In this document: piece by piece, positions 24,591-38,055 of the stretch
How the letters are laid out: every line of letters starts with the position of its first letter
Numbering within the stretch: the first letter of the stretch is position 1
Source of the DNA: Octopus vulgaris
Taxonomy: Eukaryota
Direction: 5' to 3'
Assembly (NCBI GenBank): GCA_951406725.2
Contig: OX597832.1
Span: 35,030,001-35,094,000, forward strand
Length of the DNA: 64,000 nt
Position numbers and translations under genes: made by a program
The notes under the pieces: model-generated
Databases searched by the model: none
What the model was told of the DNA's origin: nothing
The model's input: only the letters and a program-made list of their open reading frames with translations

Positions 24591-25074
24591 AATGCTATAA
24601 TGTTGTCTATCCCATTTCCTAGTGAGTACGCAGTCTATTCAGATTCTTTATCTACCAACAAACGATTAAGTTAATTTCATCACAGAATCCTTTTGACTTC
24701 CATGTATTTTATCAATAGCTTTCATATATGTCGAATAAGCCTGCATGGTGTTACCTATTTAAATTAAGGAGAGTATGAATGAATGATAAAAAACCATCAA
24801 AAGCAAACTGTTAATATGTTCATCTTATTTGATTCCACTACATTGACTAGCAACTGAATTTCTAAGCTTACAAGATATTTTCTGCCTGTCTTTTGCTTCC
24901 GACAATCAAGTATCAGTAGAATTGGTTGTTTATTGAAATGTTTTCAGAAGATTTGGGAAAATTGTTTATTTGAGGTCTTTTAGTTTATAAATCTTATTCG
25001 TTTTTAGTATAATCTATTTTGAAGAACTCTCATATTATCTCATGTAGTGTCTTACAATTACATATTGTATATTA

Positions 25075-25287
25075 AGGCACCGAGCTGGCAGAATTGTTAC
25101 TACTCTGGGATAAATGCTTAGCAACATTTCTTCCAAATTTATGTCTTGAGTTCAAATGCTGCCAGGATTAAATTTCATCCTTTTAGGGTTGACAAAATAA
25201 GTATTCGATGAAAGTTGAATACTGGTGCTGGTGTAACGAACATATTCCCTCCTCCAGAATTTATGATCTTCTCCCAAAATTTGAAAC
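25075..25287 (+). mobile_element. tRNA-derived SINE (degenerate)
   Basis: GAGCTGGCAGAATTGTTA..GAGTTCAAATGC..TTTCATCCTTTTAGGGTTGAC. Confidence 0.7.
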
Positions 25288-25295
25288 TGTTTTAT

Positions 25296-25565
25296 AGGCG
25301 GTACTGGCAACAACCTCGCTCAAATCTTTTTACACATGCCACAGGTACAGGTGCCAGTAAGGCAATGTTGGTAACTATCACGCTCAAATGGTGCCTTTTA
25401 CGTGCCACAAGCACGGAAGCCAGTTGGCTGCTCTGGCAACGATTACGCTTGAATGGTGCTCTTGACACCCTACTAGCACGGGCACAAGTGCCAGCAAGGT
25501 GACGCTGGTAATGATCACACTCGAATGGTGCCCTTTCATGTGCCACTGGCACAGAAGCCGGTTAT
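25296..25565 (-). mobile_element. RTE 3'-UTR tandem-unit fragment
   Basis: Units match those in 8803-9327; no tail. Confidence 0.8.
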
Positions 25566-25966
25566 CCATTTTTTTATATGAACCATTTTAACTTTTTACA
25601 TTATTTCAGTACCACTTTGATAATTTCTTGTTGTTTGGGATTTTCTTCCTGGATTAGGTTGATATCTTACATTGACAATATATATTCTTTAATTTTCTTT
25701 CCAAAGTATATTTTATAAAGTTTCTCTTTTGCATCCTTTCCGTACCCTTGTCTCCCTCCTCACACCACTCACAGTGCATAACTCTTGTATAATATTTACT
25801 TTTCTTTGGTGAGCAAAATCAAGGTAACTCTCTTGTATCATTTTGCTTATTTTCTATTAATTAGTCCTTTTCACCTGTTAATTCTAGTCTACATACTTAG
25901 GCAAAAAAGAAAACAAAATACTTTTGTTGTTGTTGTATAGTACTAAATTCCATTCCTTTTTAACAG

Positions 25967-26175
25967 ATAAAGAATGAATCATTTCTCGAAGATTTAAACA
26001 ACATTCTGAATGCTGGAGATGTGCCAAACATTTATAGCCTTGATGAACTTGATAAGATTTATGAAGCCATGAAACCTTCTGTACAAGATATGGGACTACA
26101 ACCAACTAAAACCAATCTGTATACATGCTATACTAAACGGGTTCGTTCCAATCTGCACACTGTAATAACAATGAG
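25967..26175 (+). CDS. DNAH1: Dynein heavy chain exon (IKNESFLEDLNNILNAGDVPN...LHTVITM)
   Basis: taacag|ATA ... ATG AG|gtaaga. Confidence 0.92.
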
Positions 26176-26639
26176 GTAAGACATTTTTAGTCTTTTATAT
26201 ATTTAGACATTGTTAGATAGAGCAATCGATGATGTGGATATGTGGTAAGGTCATTCATTAATGAATGTCACATGTGGTGGGTTATTAAGGAAGCCATGAC
26301 AAGAAAGACATTATTAAGGTGGTCAAGATATGACATACAATTAAGTATTGAACATCATTTGTAGAAGTCAGGACATGTAAAAGTTCTGACATGTGGCTGG
26401 ATGGTAAACACTGGAGTTCATGAGATGTGGTAAACTGAAGTCAGTCATTTAAAGTGAAAGTGAAAGTTAGTGTCTTGTATGTTAGATTGCTTTTTTATAA
26501 TAGTGTGTGTCTATGCAAATATATGTGTATACATATTAATGTATGTAAATATTTATATGCATGTCTGTATGCATAAGTTAAGTATATTAATGGACAGTGT
26601 AACATGCTCCCATAGATGTATAATGTTAATGTGTATGAA

Positions 26640-26940
26640 TGTCAGATTACAAATGAGTTGAAAAATATAAATTTGGTATAGAAGGAATCGAGTTTGGTGT
26701 TCAGGTGAGAAAGCTGAACTGGTACAGGTATGTAATGCATATGAAAAACGATTGCTGCATTAAAAAATGCCAAATATTTCAAGTTAGTAGAACCTGTAGA
26801 ATAGGGAAACCAAGAAATATTTGGGACAAAGTAGTGAATGCCTTGTCTTGTGGAGGAGATAACAAAGGGCCATATTGACTGGGGGTGGTGGTGGTGGGGG
26901 GTATGAAGTGCTACAAAGAATCTGATCACCCATAGCAAAA
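26640..26940 (+). mobile_element. Old RTE 3' fragment
   Basis: Decayed LNWYRYVMHM..CIKKC..RIGKPRNIWDKVV. Confidence 0.5.
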
Positions 26941-28291
26941 TGTACCCTGTTTAGAAGCTAAAATATTTTATACACTGCCATGACTGCATTTCTTGTTCCC
27001 TTTTCCTTGTATCTTTGATTGATCACCCACCACCACCACCATTTTCATCTCTTTGTTCTTCATAACCCTCCATTTCTCATCTCACCACCACTTGTCCTCG
27101 ACTGCATCTCTACATCAATCTGACTTCTTCACCCTTCACTAAACTTATACAGAAGAGATTGCACAAGATTGCCCACATCCCTATACCTAATACACTCTAA
27201 CCTTGTCTTTATTTATTGTCAACCATTCTCTCTTCCCCTGAGCCATTTCTGTGGTCATCAAACACCTACTCTCACCTTTATCCCATCATCTGCCCTTACC
27301 TTTGTCCACTTCTGACATTCTCAATCACTCCCTTCTTGATTCGACCCATGTAACAAAAGATAACCTGGCTTTTTCTATCATGCTCCTCCTTATTTCATCT
27401 ACCCATTCTGTTCCTGATATCATCCTATTCCCCTTGTCAGTCACATTTCCTGGCTTATTAAATAATCTCGACACTTACAAGCAGGCACATCTCAGCTGCT
27501 CATTTCTGGTCTTTCTGTTGTCATCGTTCTCTCTCATAATCCCCTCCTCAGTCTAAATGTCTTCGGTTACTAAGTACCCTATACATTTACTATGTGCAAG
27601 GCACTCTTACCTGTTTTGATGCATTTACAACCCCCTCCTTTTTGCTGGTACAATAACAGATACCCACTGCCACACTCCATTTGTAGTAATTATTGAGTGA
27701 AATGAAATCCCTATTGCTGCTGCCATGATACTTGCATTGAATACTCTGTAAAGTGGTTGGCAAATGAGCAGAGAAAGTATAGAGGTCCCCTTAGTCCTGT
27801 CTCGCTGACACTTATTCAACCTTTCAAGTGTCAGTAGCACAAGAAATACACCTACTACACTTAGTAAAGTGGTTGGCCACAGGAAGGGCATCCAGCCATA
27901 GAAATTAAGCCTAATCAAATGTACAAGAGCAGCAGCCACTGATAAGAAATGACTCAAACCTTGACTGACTGTACAACCCATTTCAGCATCAAAAATGTGT
28001 AATTGTGTATAAATAAGTAAAAAATACACAAGAAAGCAAATGAAAAATCAGTTTTGTATTTGAATATAAAATTCATTGAAGCTATATTTATTTACTTTAA
28101 TGACAGGTAAACAGGTACTGTTGACATGTAAAGTAATTCACATATACAAATTGGTATTTTGTATCCCCATAGCAAGACATTTCATTCTCCTGCTCACTGA
28201 ATTTGATTCCTCTTTTCCTGAGTTCATTTGTGTTCTGTCACTCATGCATAGCATCATAACATATTAAGCAGAAAAATATGCTTCTTTTCTT

Positions 28292-31200
28292 TCATCATCA
28301 TCATCATTTAATGTCCGTTGTCCATGCTGGCACGGGTTGGACGCTTTCACCGAGTTGATACACTGAAAGGCTACACCAGGCTCCAGTCTGATTTGGCATG
28401 GTTTTCTAGAGCTAGATGCCATTCCTAATGCCAAACACTTGAGAGTACAATAGGTGCTTTTGCATGTCACCTGCACAGGTGCCATTTGCATGACACCGGG
28501 ATGCTTTTATGTGCCACCAACATGGGTACCAATTTGTATGACACCGGTATCTGCCATGACTATGGTTTTGCTCAGCTTGATGGGTCTTCTTCTCAAGCGT
28601 GATATAATATGAAAGGTCTGAGACATTGCTTCCGTGAGGCACAATGCTCGAAAGGAACTCAGCCTCTTTGCCTCTATAAGGCCCAGTGCTCAAATGGAAC
28701 TCAGTTACTTTGCTTCATGTGGCCCAACTTTCAAATGCCACCAGAACAGCAAATCTCCAAAGGTCTCGGTCACTAGTCATTGCCTCTGTGAGATCAGGCA
28801 TATGGATGTCCTCAACCATATGCATCATGTGACCAGTGTAGTTGTCTCTCCTGCACACCACATCTGATTCCTCTTATCTCTAACTTTTCTCTCAAAATGC
28901 TTACACTCTGTCGAACATGCATGCTGACATTGCACATCCAGTGAAGCACACTGGCTTCATTTCTCTCAAGCATATGTATATCCCCAGCTGTCATAGCTCA
29001 TGTTTCACTGCCATGCAGCATAGCTGTTTGTACACAGGCATCAAACAATCTGCCTTTCATTCTGAGAGAGAGAGGCCCTTTGTTGCCAACTCTCTGAACT
29101 TTTCCCAGCCTAATATTATTCTCACAGTTACTCTCTTGGAGCATCCACCTCCACTACAAACTTGGTCAGATAGATAACGGAAGCTATCTGCTACCTCTAG
29201 CTTGCCCCACTGGCAGCTGATGGAGTCTATTTTCAGCATTTACCTGTGCATCTTCCACAGACAAACTTTAGTTTCACTGTTAACCCTCCTGATTTTACTG
29301 CACCTTCTATGTGTCCAGAGCTTACACTGGGTGCATCTTATGGAGTTTCTACCTACACCTTTTCTACAGATCGAGTAGGGCCATCTACCTGAGGGGATTT
29401 GTGATTTGTCTGCTCTCCTACTTAACTATGACTTTGGTTTTTGCTAGATTAACTCTAAGGCTCTTTGATTCTAGATCTTGCTTCCCTACCTGGAACCTCT
29501 TCTCTAGTTCTGGTAGTGATTCAGCTATAAGAACAAGGTCATCAGCATAGAGGAGCTCCCAGTAGTAGCCTGTCTTGAATTCTTCTGTTATTGCCAGGAC
29601 TATGATGAACAAGTGAGGGCTGAGCACTGATCCTTGGTGAACCCCTACTTGTACCCAGAATTCTTCACTGTACTTGTTGCCAACCCTCACCTTACTGGTA
29701 GCATCACTGGACATAGCTTGTACAGCTCTCACCAACCACTCGTCTATTCTTAGTTCTTGCATTGAACACCAGATAAGGGATTTGGGGACCCTGTCAACAT
29801 AGGCCAAGTACAGAGGTTTATCTTTGGCTACGTATTTCCCCTGCAACTGCCTTACCAGAAATTTAGCATCAGTGGTGCTTCTATCTGGCACAAAACCCAA
29901 ACTGCATCTCATCTAGACTAACTCTCTCCCTAATTAGTTGGGCTATGACCCTCTCCATAATTTCCATCACCTGATCCAACAGTTTAATGCCTCTGTAATT
30001 ATTTCTATCCAAGGCATCACCTTTAACTTTGTAGTAGTTGACTATGATGCTGCTACACCAGTTATTGGGTGGGTATGACTCCTTCGTGGATCACCTGATT
30101 TACAATACGGGTGACAAGACCATAACCTACACCACCAGATATTTTAAGCATCTCAGCAGTGATTCCTGATGATCCAGCATCTTTTCCTGTCTTCATATCC
30201 ATAATTGCTTTATCTAACATGGGACTGTCGATTTGGATCGCCAGTCCCTCAATTAGGTCATCTGGCAGGCTTTCCTCCTCCCACTCATTCTCTATATTCA
30301 TCAGTCTTTCATAATGGCATTTTCAAGTCTCTTTCTTCTCAGAAATGCATGATCATCCATACGGATACATTTCTCTCCTATGTCATTACGCTTTTCTCTC
30401 ACTCACTGTCTTGCAATTCGAAGCACTTCAGTTCTTTGGTCCTCACATCACTGAAAATAGCCAATCTTCTTCATTTCTACTTCTTTCTTGACAAGATATA
30501 CTTTTTTCCTAGCATCTGTTTGACAATCTGATAGAGTTCCTTGCTATCCCCATTCTTCCAGGCCTGTTTCTTAGCTCTAATGGCTCTCTCTACTGCCTTG
30601 TTCCACCACCACATTACCCAAGGTCTGGATGAGACTTTGCACCAGTCACAGATTCAGTCTGTGGTACTCAGCAAATGGTTACTCAGGAATTCCCAGCTGC
30701 CCTTTATGTTCCTCGTCCCTTTCATCAAATTTCTCAGTTAGGATGTCCCTAAATCTCTGACCATATGAAGGGTCCTTAAGCTTCCAAATCCTTCTTTTCC
30801 AGATTGGAAAAGATGCTCATTGAAATCCCCATCTCTAATGAGGAGATTATTGTCACTTATCTTTGAGGTAGCCTGCAGAAGAATATCATGAAATTGTTCC
30901 TTCTGTTTGTTTGGTAGGCCCGGTCAAGGGGCATAGGCAATGATAATTGTCATTATACTGTTCTGTAAGACTAGCCTAAGCTTAAGCACTCTATTGCATG
31001 CTCTGACTACCTCTATGACCTTATCCATCCATTTTTCTGCAGGAAGTATACCCGTGCCATCTACCTCATTGTTGCTATCTTCCCAGAAGATTTTATATCT
31101 GTCTTGCCTGTGAGGAACTTGGTCGAAGCTCCTCTTCACCTTACCTCTTGGATGCAACATGCATCAACACACCTCTGTTCAACTATCTCAACAGTCTCAC

Positions 31201-31330
31201 TAGACCTACATTTCATTATGCCTACATTGATAGTGCCAACTCTGAAAACTGGGAAAGAGATGTGGGAGGGAACATGGGAAGGAATGATGTTATTCAGCAC
31301 CTGAAAAATAGTTTCTGTGATCATTTGATA
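28292..31330 (-). mobile_element. Near full-length, decayed RTE LINE (APE endonuclease plus RT/PHD plus 3' UTR)
   Basis: FRVGTINVG..VDACCIQEVR, IIIAYAP (APE); GVHQGSVLSP, LLYADD; many frameshifts. Confidence 0.88.
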
Positions 31331-31357
31331 ACAGACATGTCACATCAGCTGCTCCCT

Positions 31358-31670
31358 CATCATCATCATTGTTCGACCGTGGTCAAGACAATGGAATTTA
31401 CCATGCTACGCCAGACTTCACGGTCCATCATAGCATTACGGAGGTCCTGTTACTGGATGCCTGTATCCCTGGAGATTACATCAGAGTAGGAGAGTGTGCG
31501 CCCTCTGGTATTGCAAGTAGATGGCTTCCAGAGGAGAAGAGTAGAAATTGCTTCGTTTTCAGCTCTACAACAATGTCCAGCAAACTGGACTCTCCTACCT
31601 TTCACAAGAGATGAGACCGGTGGTAGTTTCCCATATATTTGCATTTTGGTTGGATGACGCTTCCACGAGA
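31358..31670 (-). mobile_element. 3' end of a different RTE-related LINE
   Basis: GRRVQFAGHCCR..LLLWKPS..RGRTLSYSDVISRDTG; (ATG)n tail. Confidence 0.7.
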
Positions 31671-32259
31671 GATTTTGAGCTGCTCCCTCACTTTCACCTA
31701 CCATCATTCAATCATGTTAAAAATTGTTGCCCCTATTATGTGTGTGGGGGAGTGCAATGTAAGCATTGTAAATACAAGTTTCATGAGTGTTATAAATATA
31801 AGCATTACAGCCGCAAACAGAACTAGGTCAATGTTTAAGTTAAGTAAATGAGTTGCTCTTGGTTAGTCCATTATGGGTGGGCACATCACAAACTAGCAAC
31901 AGTCAGCATCACCACACACAAGAGATAGATAGAGAGAAAGAGATAGCAGTAAGGGACTTGATACCTTTTGCGAGGTTAGGATCATAGTAAAGTATGGAAA
32001 CACAAGGAGTATATGATACGATTGGAAAAGTTATTAAAAAATTTAAAGACTTATAAGCCAGAAAAGTTATTTAAGCTCCAAATACACGGTTGGCATCAAA
32101 GCTTTCATAAATCCTCTGCCATTAAGGTTTTTGTCTTTTAACCATGCAACATCAAACTTTGTATGCAAGATTCATACGATTTACCCTCCACTCTAAATGA
32201 CCTAGTCTTACTCTATTTGGATTTTGGAGAAGCATTGACGATGGTGAAATGTAAAAAAC

Positions 32260-32495
32260 TGATGATGATGGTGCCGTGTAAAAAGCACTGGTAATGGTGC
32301 AACATAAAAAACATTGATGCTGTTACCTGTAAAAAGCATCCAGTACACTTTGTAAAATTATCAGCATTAGAGAAATCCAGCTAGAGAAATCGGTCCAAAA
32401 CAGACATGGAACCTGGTGGTGCTCCTGACCGTGCCAGCTCCAGTCAAACCATCCAACCTGTACCAGCATGAAAAAGGGACATTAAGTGATGAAAT
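32260..32495 (+). mobile_element. Old RTE 3'-UTR copy with about 26-bp units
   Basis: ATGGTGCCGTGTAAAAAGCAC repeats followed by degenerate conserved end. Confidence 0.6.
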
Positions 32496-32549
32496 TATGA
32501 CAGACACATGACCTAAAAGACTGAAGAAAGGACCAGAGGTCTTCATCAA

Positions 32550-32715
32550 CCCCAGTGTTAACCAGGATATCAGCGTTAACTGGTACCAATATTATCAACA
32601 CCAAAAGAATAAAAGACAAAATTGACCTCAACAGAATATGAACACAGAGCATAAAGTTGGGTAAATGCTGCTTAGCATTTCCTCCAGTGTGCTAACAGTT
32701 CTGCCAACTCATCAC
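32550..32715 (-). mobile_element. tRNA-derived SINE (degenerate)
   Basis: Reverse complement of the 39083 family. Confidence 0.55.
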
Positions 32716-32717
32716 TT

Positions 32718-33207
32718 CAATAATAATAATAATAATAATAAGATTTTGTGGGACTTTCTTATTCAAACAGACAAGAAGTTAAAAAATAATAGACCAGACA
32801 TAACAATACGGAAAAGTGAAGTTGCTTACTTATCAACCCATCAAACCCATTTTATTCTAGGATCATAAAGAAAGTGGAAGAAAAACAAAGAAAGTACAAT
32901 CCTTTAAAATTTGAAAGAGGAAGAATTTGGTGCATACAAACCGTAAAGGTTGTAATTATAATAATTGGTACGTTGACGCATTAAGCAAAGATATCGACAA
33001 ATGGCCAAATGTGATTGGAATACAATGCCTGGTAGAGCTCCTATAGAAAGCTTGTCTCTTAGCAACAGCAAGGATTATCAGGAGGGTTCTAAGCACTTGA
33101 AAGACTGTTGAAAACTTGTGGATTCCTAAGGTTACTGGTTGTAACCTGCTACCCACTTAAATCCAACCAGGAATAAGGCCAAACCTGAGCTGAACCAAAA
33201 TAATAAT
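32718..33207 (+). mobile_element. R4/Dong-like RLE LINE 3' fragment in (AAT)n
   Basis: KILWDFLIQTDKKLKNNRPDI..KYNPLKFE..VIIIIGTL; flanked by (AAT)n. Confidence 0.7.
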
Positions 33208-33321
33208 TGTAATATACTTATTCTATACTTATGAGTGTGTGTCCTTTTATCCTGACTTACGAACACTAAGTGATAATATACATAAATATGCACACACACA
33301 CACACACACATACATATGTCC

Positions 33322-33587
33322 TCATCATCATTGTTTAACGTCTGTTTTCTATGCTAGCATGGGTTGGATGGTTCGACTGGGGTCTGGGATGCCAGAAGGC
33401 TGTACCAGGCCCAGTCTGATCTGACAGTGTTTCTACAGCTGGATGCCCTTCCTAATGCCAACCACTCTGTGAGTGTAGTGGGTGCTTTTTACATGCCAGG
33501 GGAGGCTGGCAATGGCCACGATTGGTTGGTGCTTTTTACATGCCACCAGCATGGAAGACAGTCAGGGCGGCACTGGCATCAGCCACG
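33322..33587 (-). mobile_element. Solo RTE 3'-UTR copy
   Basis: (CAT)n, conserved end, about 2 units. Confidence 0.8.
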
Positions 33588-33664
33588 TATATATATATTA
33601 AAAGATAAACATTAAAATTCATGTATTAACTGCAAATAGTTTAAAACTATATATTTCTTTTTAG

Positions 33665-33836
33665 CCCTTTAGGTGAAGTATTCCGTGCTCGCCTCCGACA
33701 GTTTCCAGCTCTGGTCAATTGCTGTACCATCGACTGGTTCAGTGCATGGCCTGAAGATGCATTGCAATCTGTGGCTCTACGATTTCTTGAAGACATTCCA
33801 GAACTTGGTATATTTAGTGAAAAGATAGACAGCCTT
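33665..33836 (+). CDS. DNAH1: Dynein heavy chain exon (SPLGEVFRARLRQFPALVNCCTIDWF...KIDSL)
   Basis: tttag|C CCT ... CTT|gtaagt. Confidence 0.92.
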
Positions 33837-34196
33837 GTAAGTATATTAATTAAAAAACTGTGACTACGTGAAAAAACTTTTGTTGGTCATAAATATCTGA
33901 AGTGTAATTTTCTGCTAAAGTTAGCAAGTTTATTCTAAGCTACAATGTGAAACAGTAACAAGAGGAAAAATTTGGTGTAATCAGACCCCATCATCAAACA
34001 GGTTTCTCCTCTGCATTACAGGATACTAACTTGTTTCATTTTATGAACTTCTCATTCTAACAACATTTAGGAAAATTAATCAATTCATTTATTATTATTT
34101 TTCTGGCAAAATTTGGCTTTTTTCACATGATGTTACTTGGCAATAGTAAACTGCAATATATTTCGCTATCATACTGTCTCGAGCATTGAATTATAT

Positions 34197-34720
34197 ATAT
34201 AGATGTTTTCGATCTAATTTGAATTCTTTGCAATCAAATTTGAATTTTTCAATTGGTGCTCAAGCCTTGAAAAACAAAAAAGAGTTAAAACTACATCAGC
34301 CGTAAGGGAATACATGTCTGTCTTATCTAACTGGTCCAGTAGAGCCCACCAATTGATATCTGAAAAGTTCGATAAAATAACTCATGAACACTGCCATAGC
34401 TTCTACCAAAAGATGCTCCATTAGGTCGATCGGTCTGAACAAGGGGAGATAATAGAAAAGGAATCATTCGTTTATTATCTCCCCTTGTTCAGACCGGTCG
34501 ACGACATAACTATGTTGAAGCATCTTTTGGTAGAAGCTATCGCAGTGTTCATGAGTTATTTCATCGAACTTTTCAGATATCAATTGGTGGGCTCTACTGG
34601 ATGAGTTAGATTCCCTTACGGCTGATGTAGTTTAGCTCTCTTTTTTTTCAAGGCTTGAGCTCCAATTGGAAAATTCAAATTTGATTGCAAAGAATCCAAA
34701 CTAGATCGAAAACATCTATA
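34197..34720. mobile_element. Foldback element / long-TIR MITE
   Basis: Arms about 34197-34453 and 34474-34720 are reverse complements, about 20-nt spacer, TA-flanked. Confidence 0.85.
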
Positions 34721-35096
34721 ATATGCATACTTAGTATCAAAATGATCCATGCTGGTTAACATGTATTTAAGCAAAAAAAAAATGTATTGTAAAAAAAAAA
34801 AAAAGGACAGAAGAATTCAATATTTTCAGTTTAGTCTCTTTGTCGAGGATGAGAAGATATTTTTACATAAATCTAAGGAGTCACTATAACCCCCAGATTG
34901 TCTTCTGCAATAATGTGTTTGAGCATGAAATGTTGAATTTTTTCGTGATTTCTACATTTATACTACTACTAATACTACTACATTATCTTTGGAACTACTT
35001 ATTACTAGCCCAGACCCGCACCAGTTGCCTTTAATTTTAGATTTTACTGCATACTTTCATTTTTCTCTTTTTTCCATCAATGTGACGTATTGGCAG

Positions 35097-35288
35097 GTTT
35101 ATATGTGCCAATATATTCATTCAACCGTTGCAGTCTATACAGATAAATATCGACAAGAATTGTCTCGACACAACTATGTCACACCAACAAGTTATCTAGA
35201 ATTACTTGGTACCTTTTCAAAACTTATAAAGTTGAAAAAGGATGAAATATCCTCTGCATGGAAACGATTGAAAACAGGACTCGACAAA
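35097..35288 (+). CDS. DNAH1: Dynein heavy chain exon (VYMCQYIH...HNYVTPTSYLEL...KTGLDK)
   Basis: ggcag|GTT ... AAA|gtaagc. Confidence 0.92.
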
Positions 35289-35984
35289 GTAAGCCAATTA
35301 TTTTTTAAGTGAATCTTTTATTGCTTCTTTTATGAGCGAAGTCACAGCTAATTCTTTGATATTTATATTTACTGAAGTATAGAAAAGGTGGGTAGATATG
35401 AGAAAATGACCCATGGTCCATTTCTTTGAGGGAGACAAAAGCATTTCCTTTTTCAAATATTCATTTTAAATTATTGCAACAGAATGACCATCTTTCCATA
35501 TGAAGAAGGCAGATCCCTAACCTGGGATGTGATGTGCTGCAACACATTTTCCAGCTCTAACCTTGCTGTATTGGACACAAATCTGGGTTTTTTGCCACCA
35601 GTAACACAGAGGAGAGAAAGATAAACGAACACAGGAACCTGACCAGCTGCTATCAGTTTGTACCAGTTGCAGCCAAGAGCACAAAATTGGGCTAACTGCA
35701 GGCCATCTGAGCAATGAACCCAACAAAGTGAAGTAGCCGTTACAGTTAGTGTTGCTGGCCATTCTCCATAGCAATACCTTTGCAATCATGTCCAGAAGGT
35801 GTGATTGAACATACCATTTGATCTAGAGTATACAACTCATTACTACCCACTCATCTTCTGCTGTTTAATTCCTTTCTCCTTATTTTCATTTTACTTTCTC
35901 TCTCTCTTTTTTTTTTTGTGAGGTGGTCATGGGTCTTTTTGCTCCATAATTTGATCTGTTATACTTTTAATGCTTTTTCTTCTT

Positions 35985-37050
35985 CTTCCCACTGCTCGAA
36001 GGTTGTGCTTCACCACCTCCTCCCATGTTTTCCTGGGTCTACCTCTTCCATATGTTCCCACCACTGTTAGGGTGTGACACTTCTTTACACAGCTGTCCTC
36101 ATCCATACACAACACATGACCTTACCAGCACTGTCATCTCTCTGGCACACCATATCTGATGCTTTTCTCTCAGGGTACTTACACTCTGTCATGCATGCAC
36201 ATTTGCATTACATATCCAGCTGAGCATACTAGCTTCGTTTCTTTGAAGCTTATGTATGTCCTCAGCAGTCATAGCCCATGTTTCACTGCTGTGTAGCATG
36301 GCTGTTCACACACAGGCATCATACAGTCTATCTCTGAGCAAGAGGCCCTTTGTTATCAGCAGAGGTAGGAGCTCTCTGAACTTTGCCCAAGCTATTTTTA
36401 TTCTAGCAGCTATGCTCTCAGAGCATCTACCCCTGCTACTGACTTGGTTACCCAGGTAATGGAAGCTATCAACTACTTCTAGTTTTTCCCCCTGGCATGT
36501 GATGGAATCTGTTTTTTGTACATATTTGGTGCTTTTTGGCCCTGTACATTTGTCACACACAAAAACTATCTTCCCGGTTAACCTTCCTTTGTTATTGCTG
36601 CACCTCTTATGTGTCCATAGAGTTTACACCTTGTCCATATGCATCACTTGACTATACCAGTGCAGTCGTTTCTCTTGCATACCACATCTGATGCCTCTTA
36701 TGCCCAACTTTTGTCTCAAGATGCTTACACTCTTTTGTGCATGCATACTGCCATTATACATCCAGTGAAACATACTAGATTCATTTCTTTCAAGCTTACG
36801 CATGTCCTCGGCTGTCACAGCCCATGCTTCACTGCTGAGTAGAATGGCTGTTTGCACACAAGCATCATACAATCTGCCTTTCACTCTGAGAGACCCTTTG
36901 TTACCAACAGAGATAGGAGCTCTCTGAACTTTGCCCAGGCTATTCTTATTCTAGCAGCTATGCTCTCAGAGCATCTACCCCTGCTACTGACTTGGTTATT
37001 TAGGTAATGGAAGCTATCAACTACGTTTCGTTTTATCCCCTGTCATTTGA
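35985..37050 (-). mobile_element. Two tandem partial RTE RT C-terminal fragments
   Basis: EVVDSFHYLG..AWAKFRELLPLL..LYDACV occurs twice (about 36190-36500 and 36720-37050). Confidence 0.85.
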
Positions 37051-37245
37051 TATAGAAATCCAATAATTGGTATTTTCCCATTCTTTTCATACAAAGTTGA
37101 ATTATAATTTCTAGTTATTGTATTATATTTATTTGCAGTTGCTATTTTTATTTTTGACTGTATTTTGCTTTTTGGTGTTATTGCTTTATTTAAAAAGCCA
37201 ACATTATTACATTTTACCCAATTATGTTCTGAACACTGTCTTTAG

Positions 37246-37365
37246 CTGCTGGCTACTGCAAATGATGTGGCTATCTTACAAGAAGACTTGGCAAGAATGC
37301 GTCCACTTTTGGATGAAGCTGTGAAAGAATCAGTTTCTACGATGGAACAAATTGCACAAGACACT
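37246..37365 (+). CDS. DNAH1: Dynein heavy chain exon, stalk coiled coil (LLATANDVAILQEDL...IAQDT)
   Basis: tttag|CTG ... ACT|gtaagt. Confidence 0.9.
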
Positions 37366-37836
37366 GTAAGTTCTTCAATTTTTGTGATAAATGTGTTATC
37401 ATACAGAGATATTTGTGCAATTTTTAGTTGTGACATACATTCATATCATGCTGAGATTTACATCCTCTCTCATCATTTCAATGCCACAAATAGAGAGAAC
37501 ATTAATGGAGTGATTGATATATTATATTATTTCATCAGGGAAAGAGTGTGGCACACCTGATAGGCTCTTTCCAGCCCATGAGGGACAAGATGTTAATGTA
37601 CAGTTTGAACCACTGTTAATGTCTGTATGGGCCATAAGGGGATTCCTGAAAGCTGAAGTCAAAAGATATTAAAATGTAGATCAAAAACTGCTTTGTTGAT
37701 GAACATTATGACAGAATAATCTGACAGCAAACTGAAAAATGTTTGTAGTCATTGGCAAGCAACTTTGCTTGAAGGTTCTTAGGCTAGAAGCAATCTGATT
37801 TTCAAAAATTTCATGGGGGGAACTATATGAATATTA

Positions 37837-38055
37837 GGGAGAGTTTACGAAAAAAACAAAAGACGAAGACAGGTGGTGTACAAAACAAACAGCTGTATTA
37901 GTATAACGCTCAGGAATAGAAAAAGTCTTTTACGTTTCAAGCCTACACCCTTCTACAGAAAGGCACACAGAAAGAAACAAGGAGAGAAAAAAATGTGTGT
38001 GTAGTGGCTAACGATCTATCATGGCGACTTAGTGTTTTTTTTCGTAAACTCTCCC
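37837..38055. mobile_element. Small element with 22-bp terminal inverted repeat and hammerhead-like motif (Penelope-derived?)
   Basis: GGGAGAGTTTACGAAAAAAACA at both ends in inverted orientation. Confidence 0.6.
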
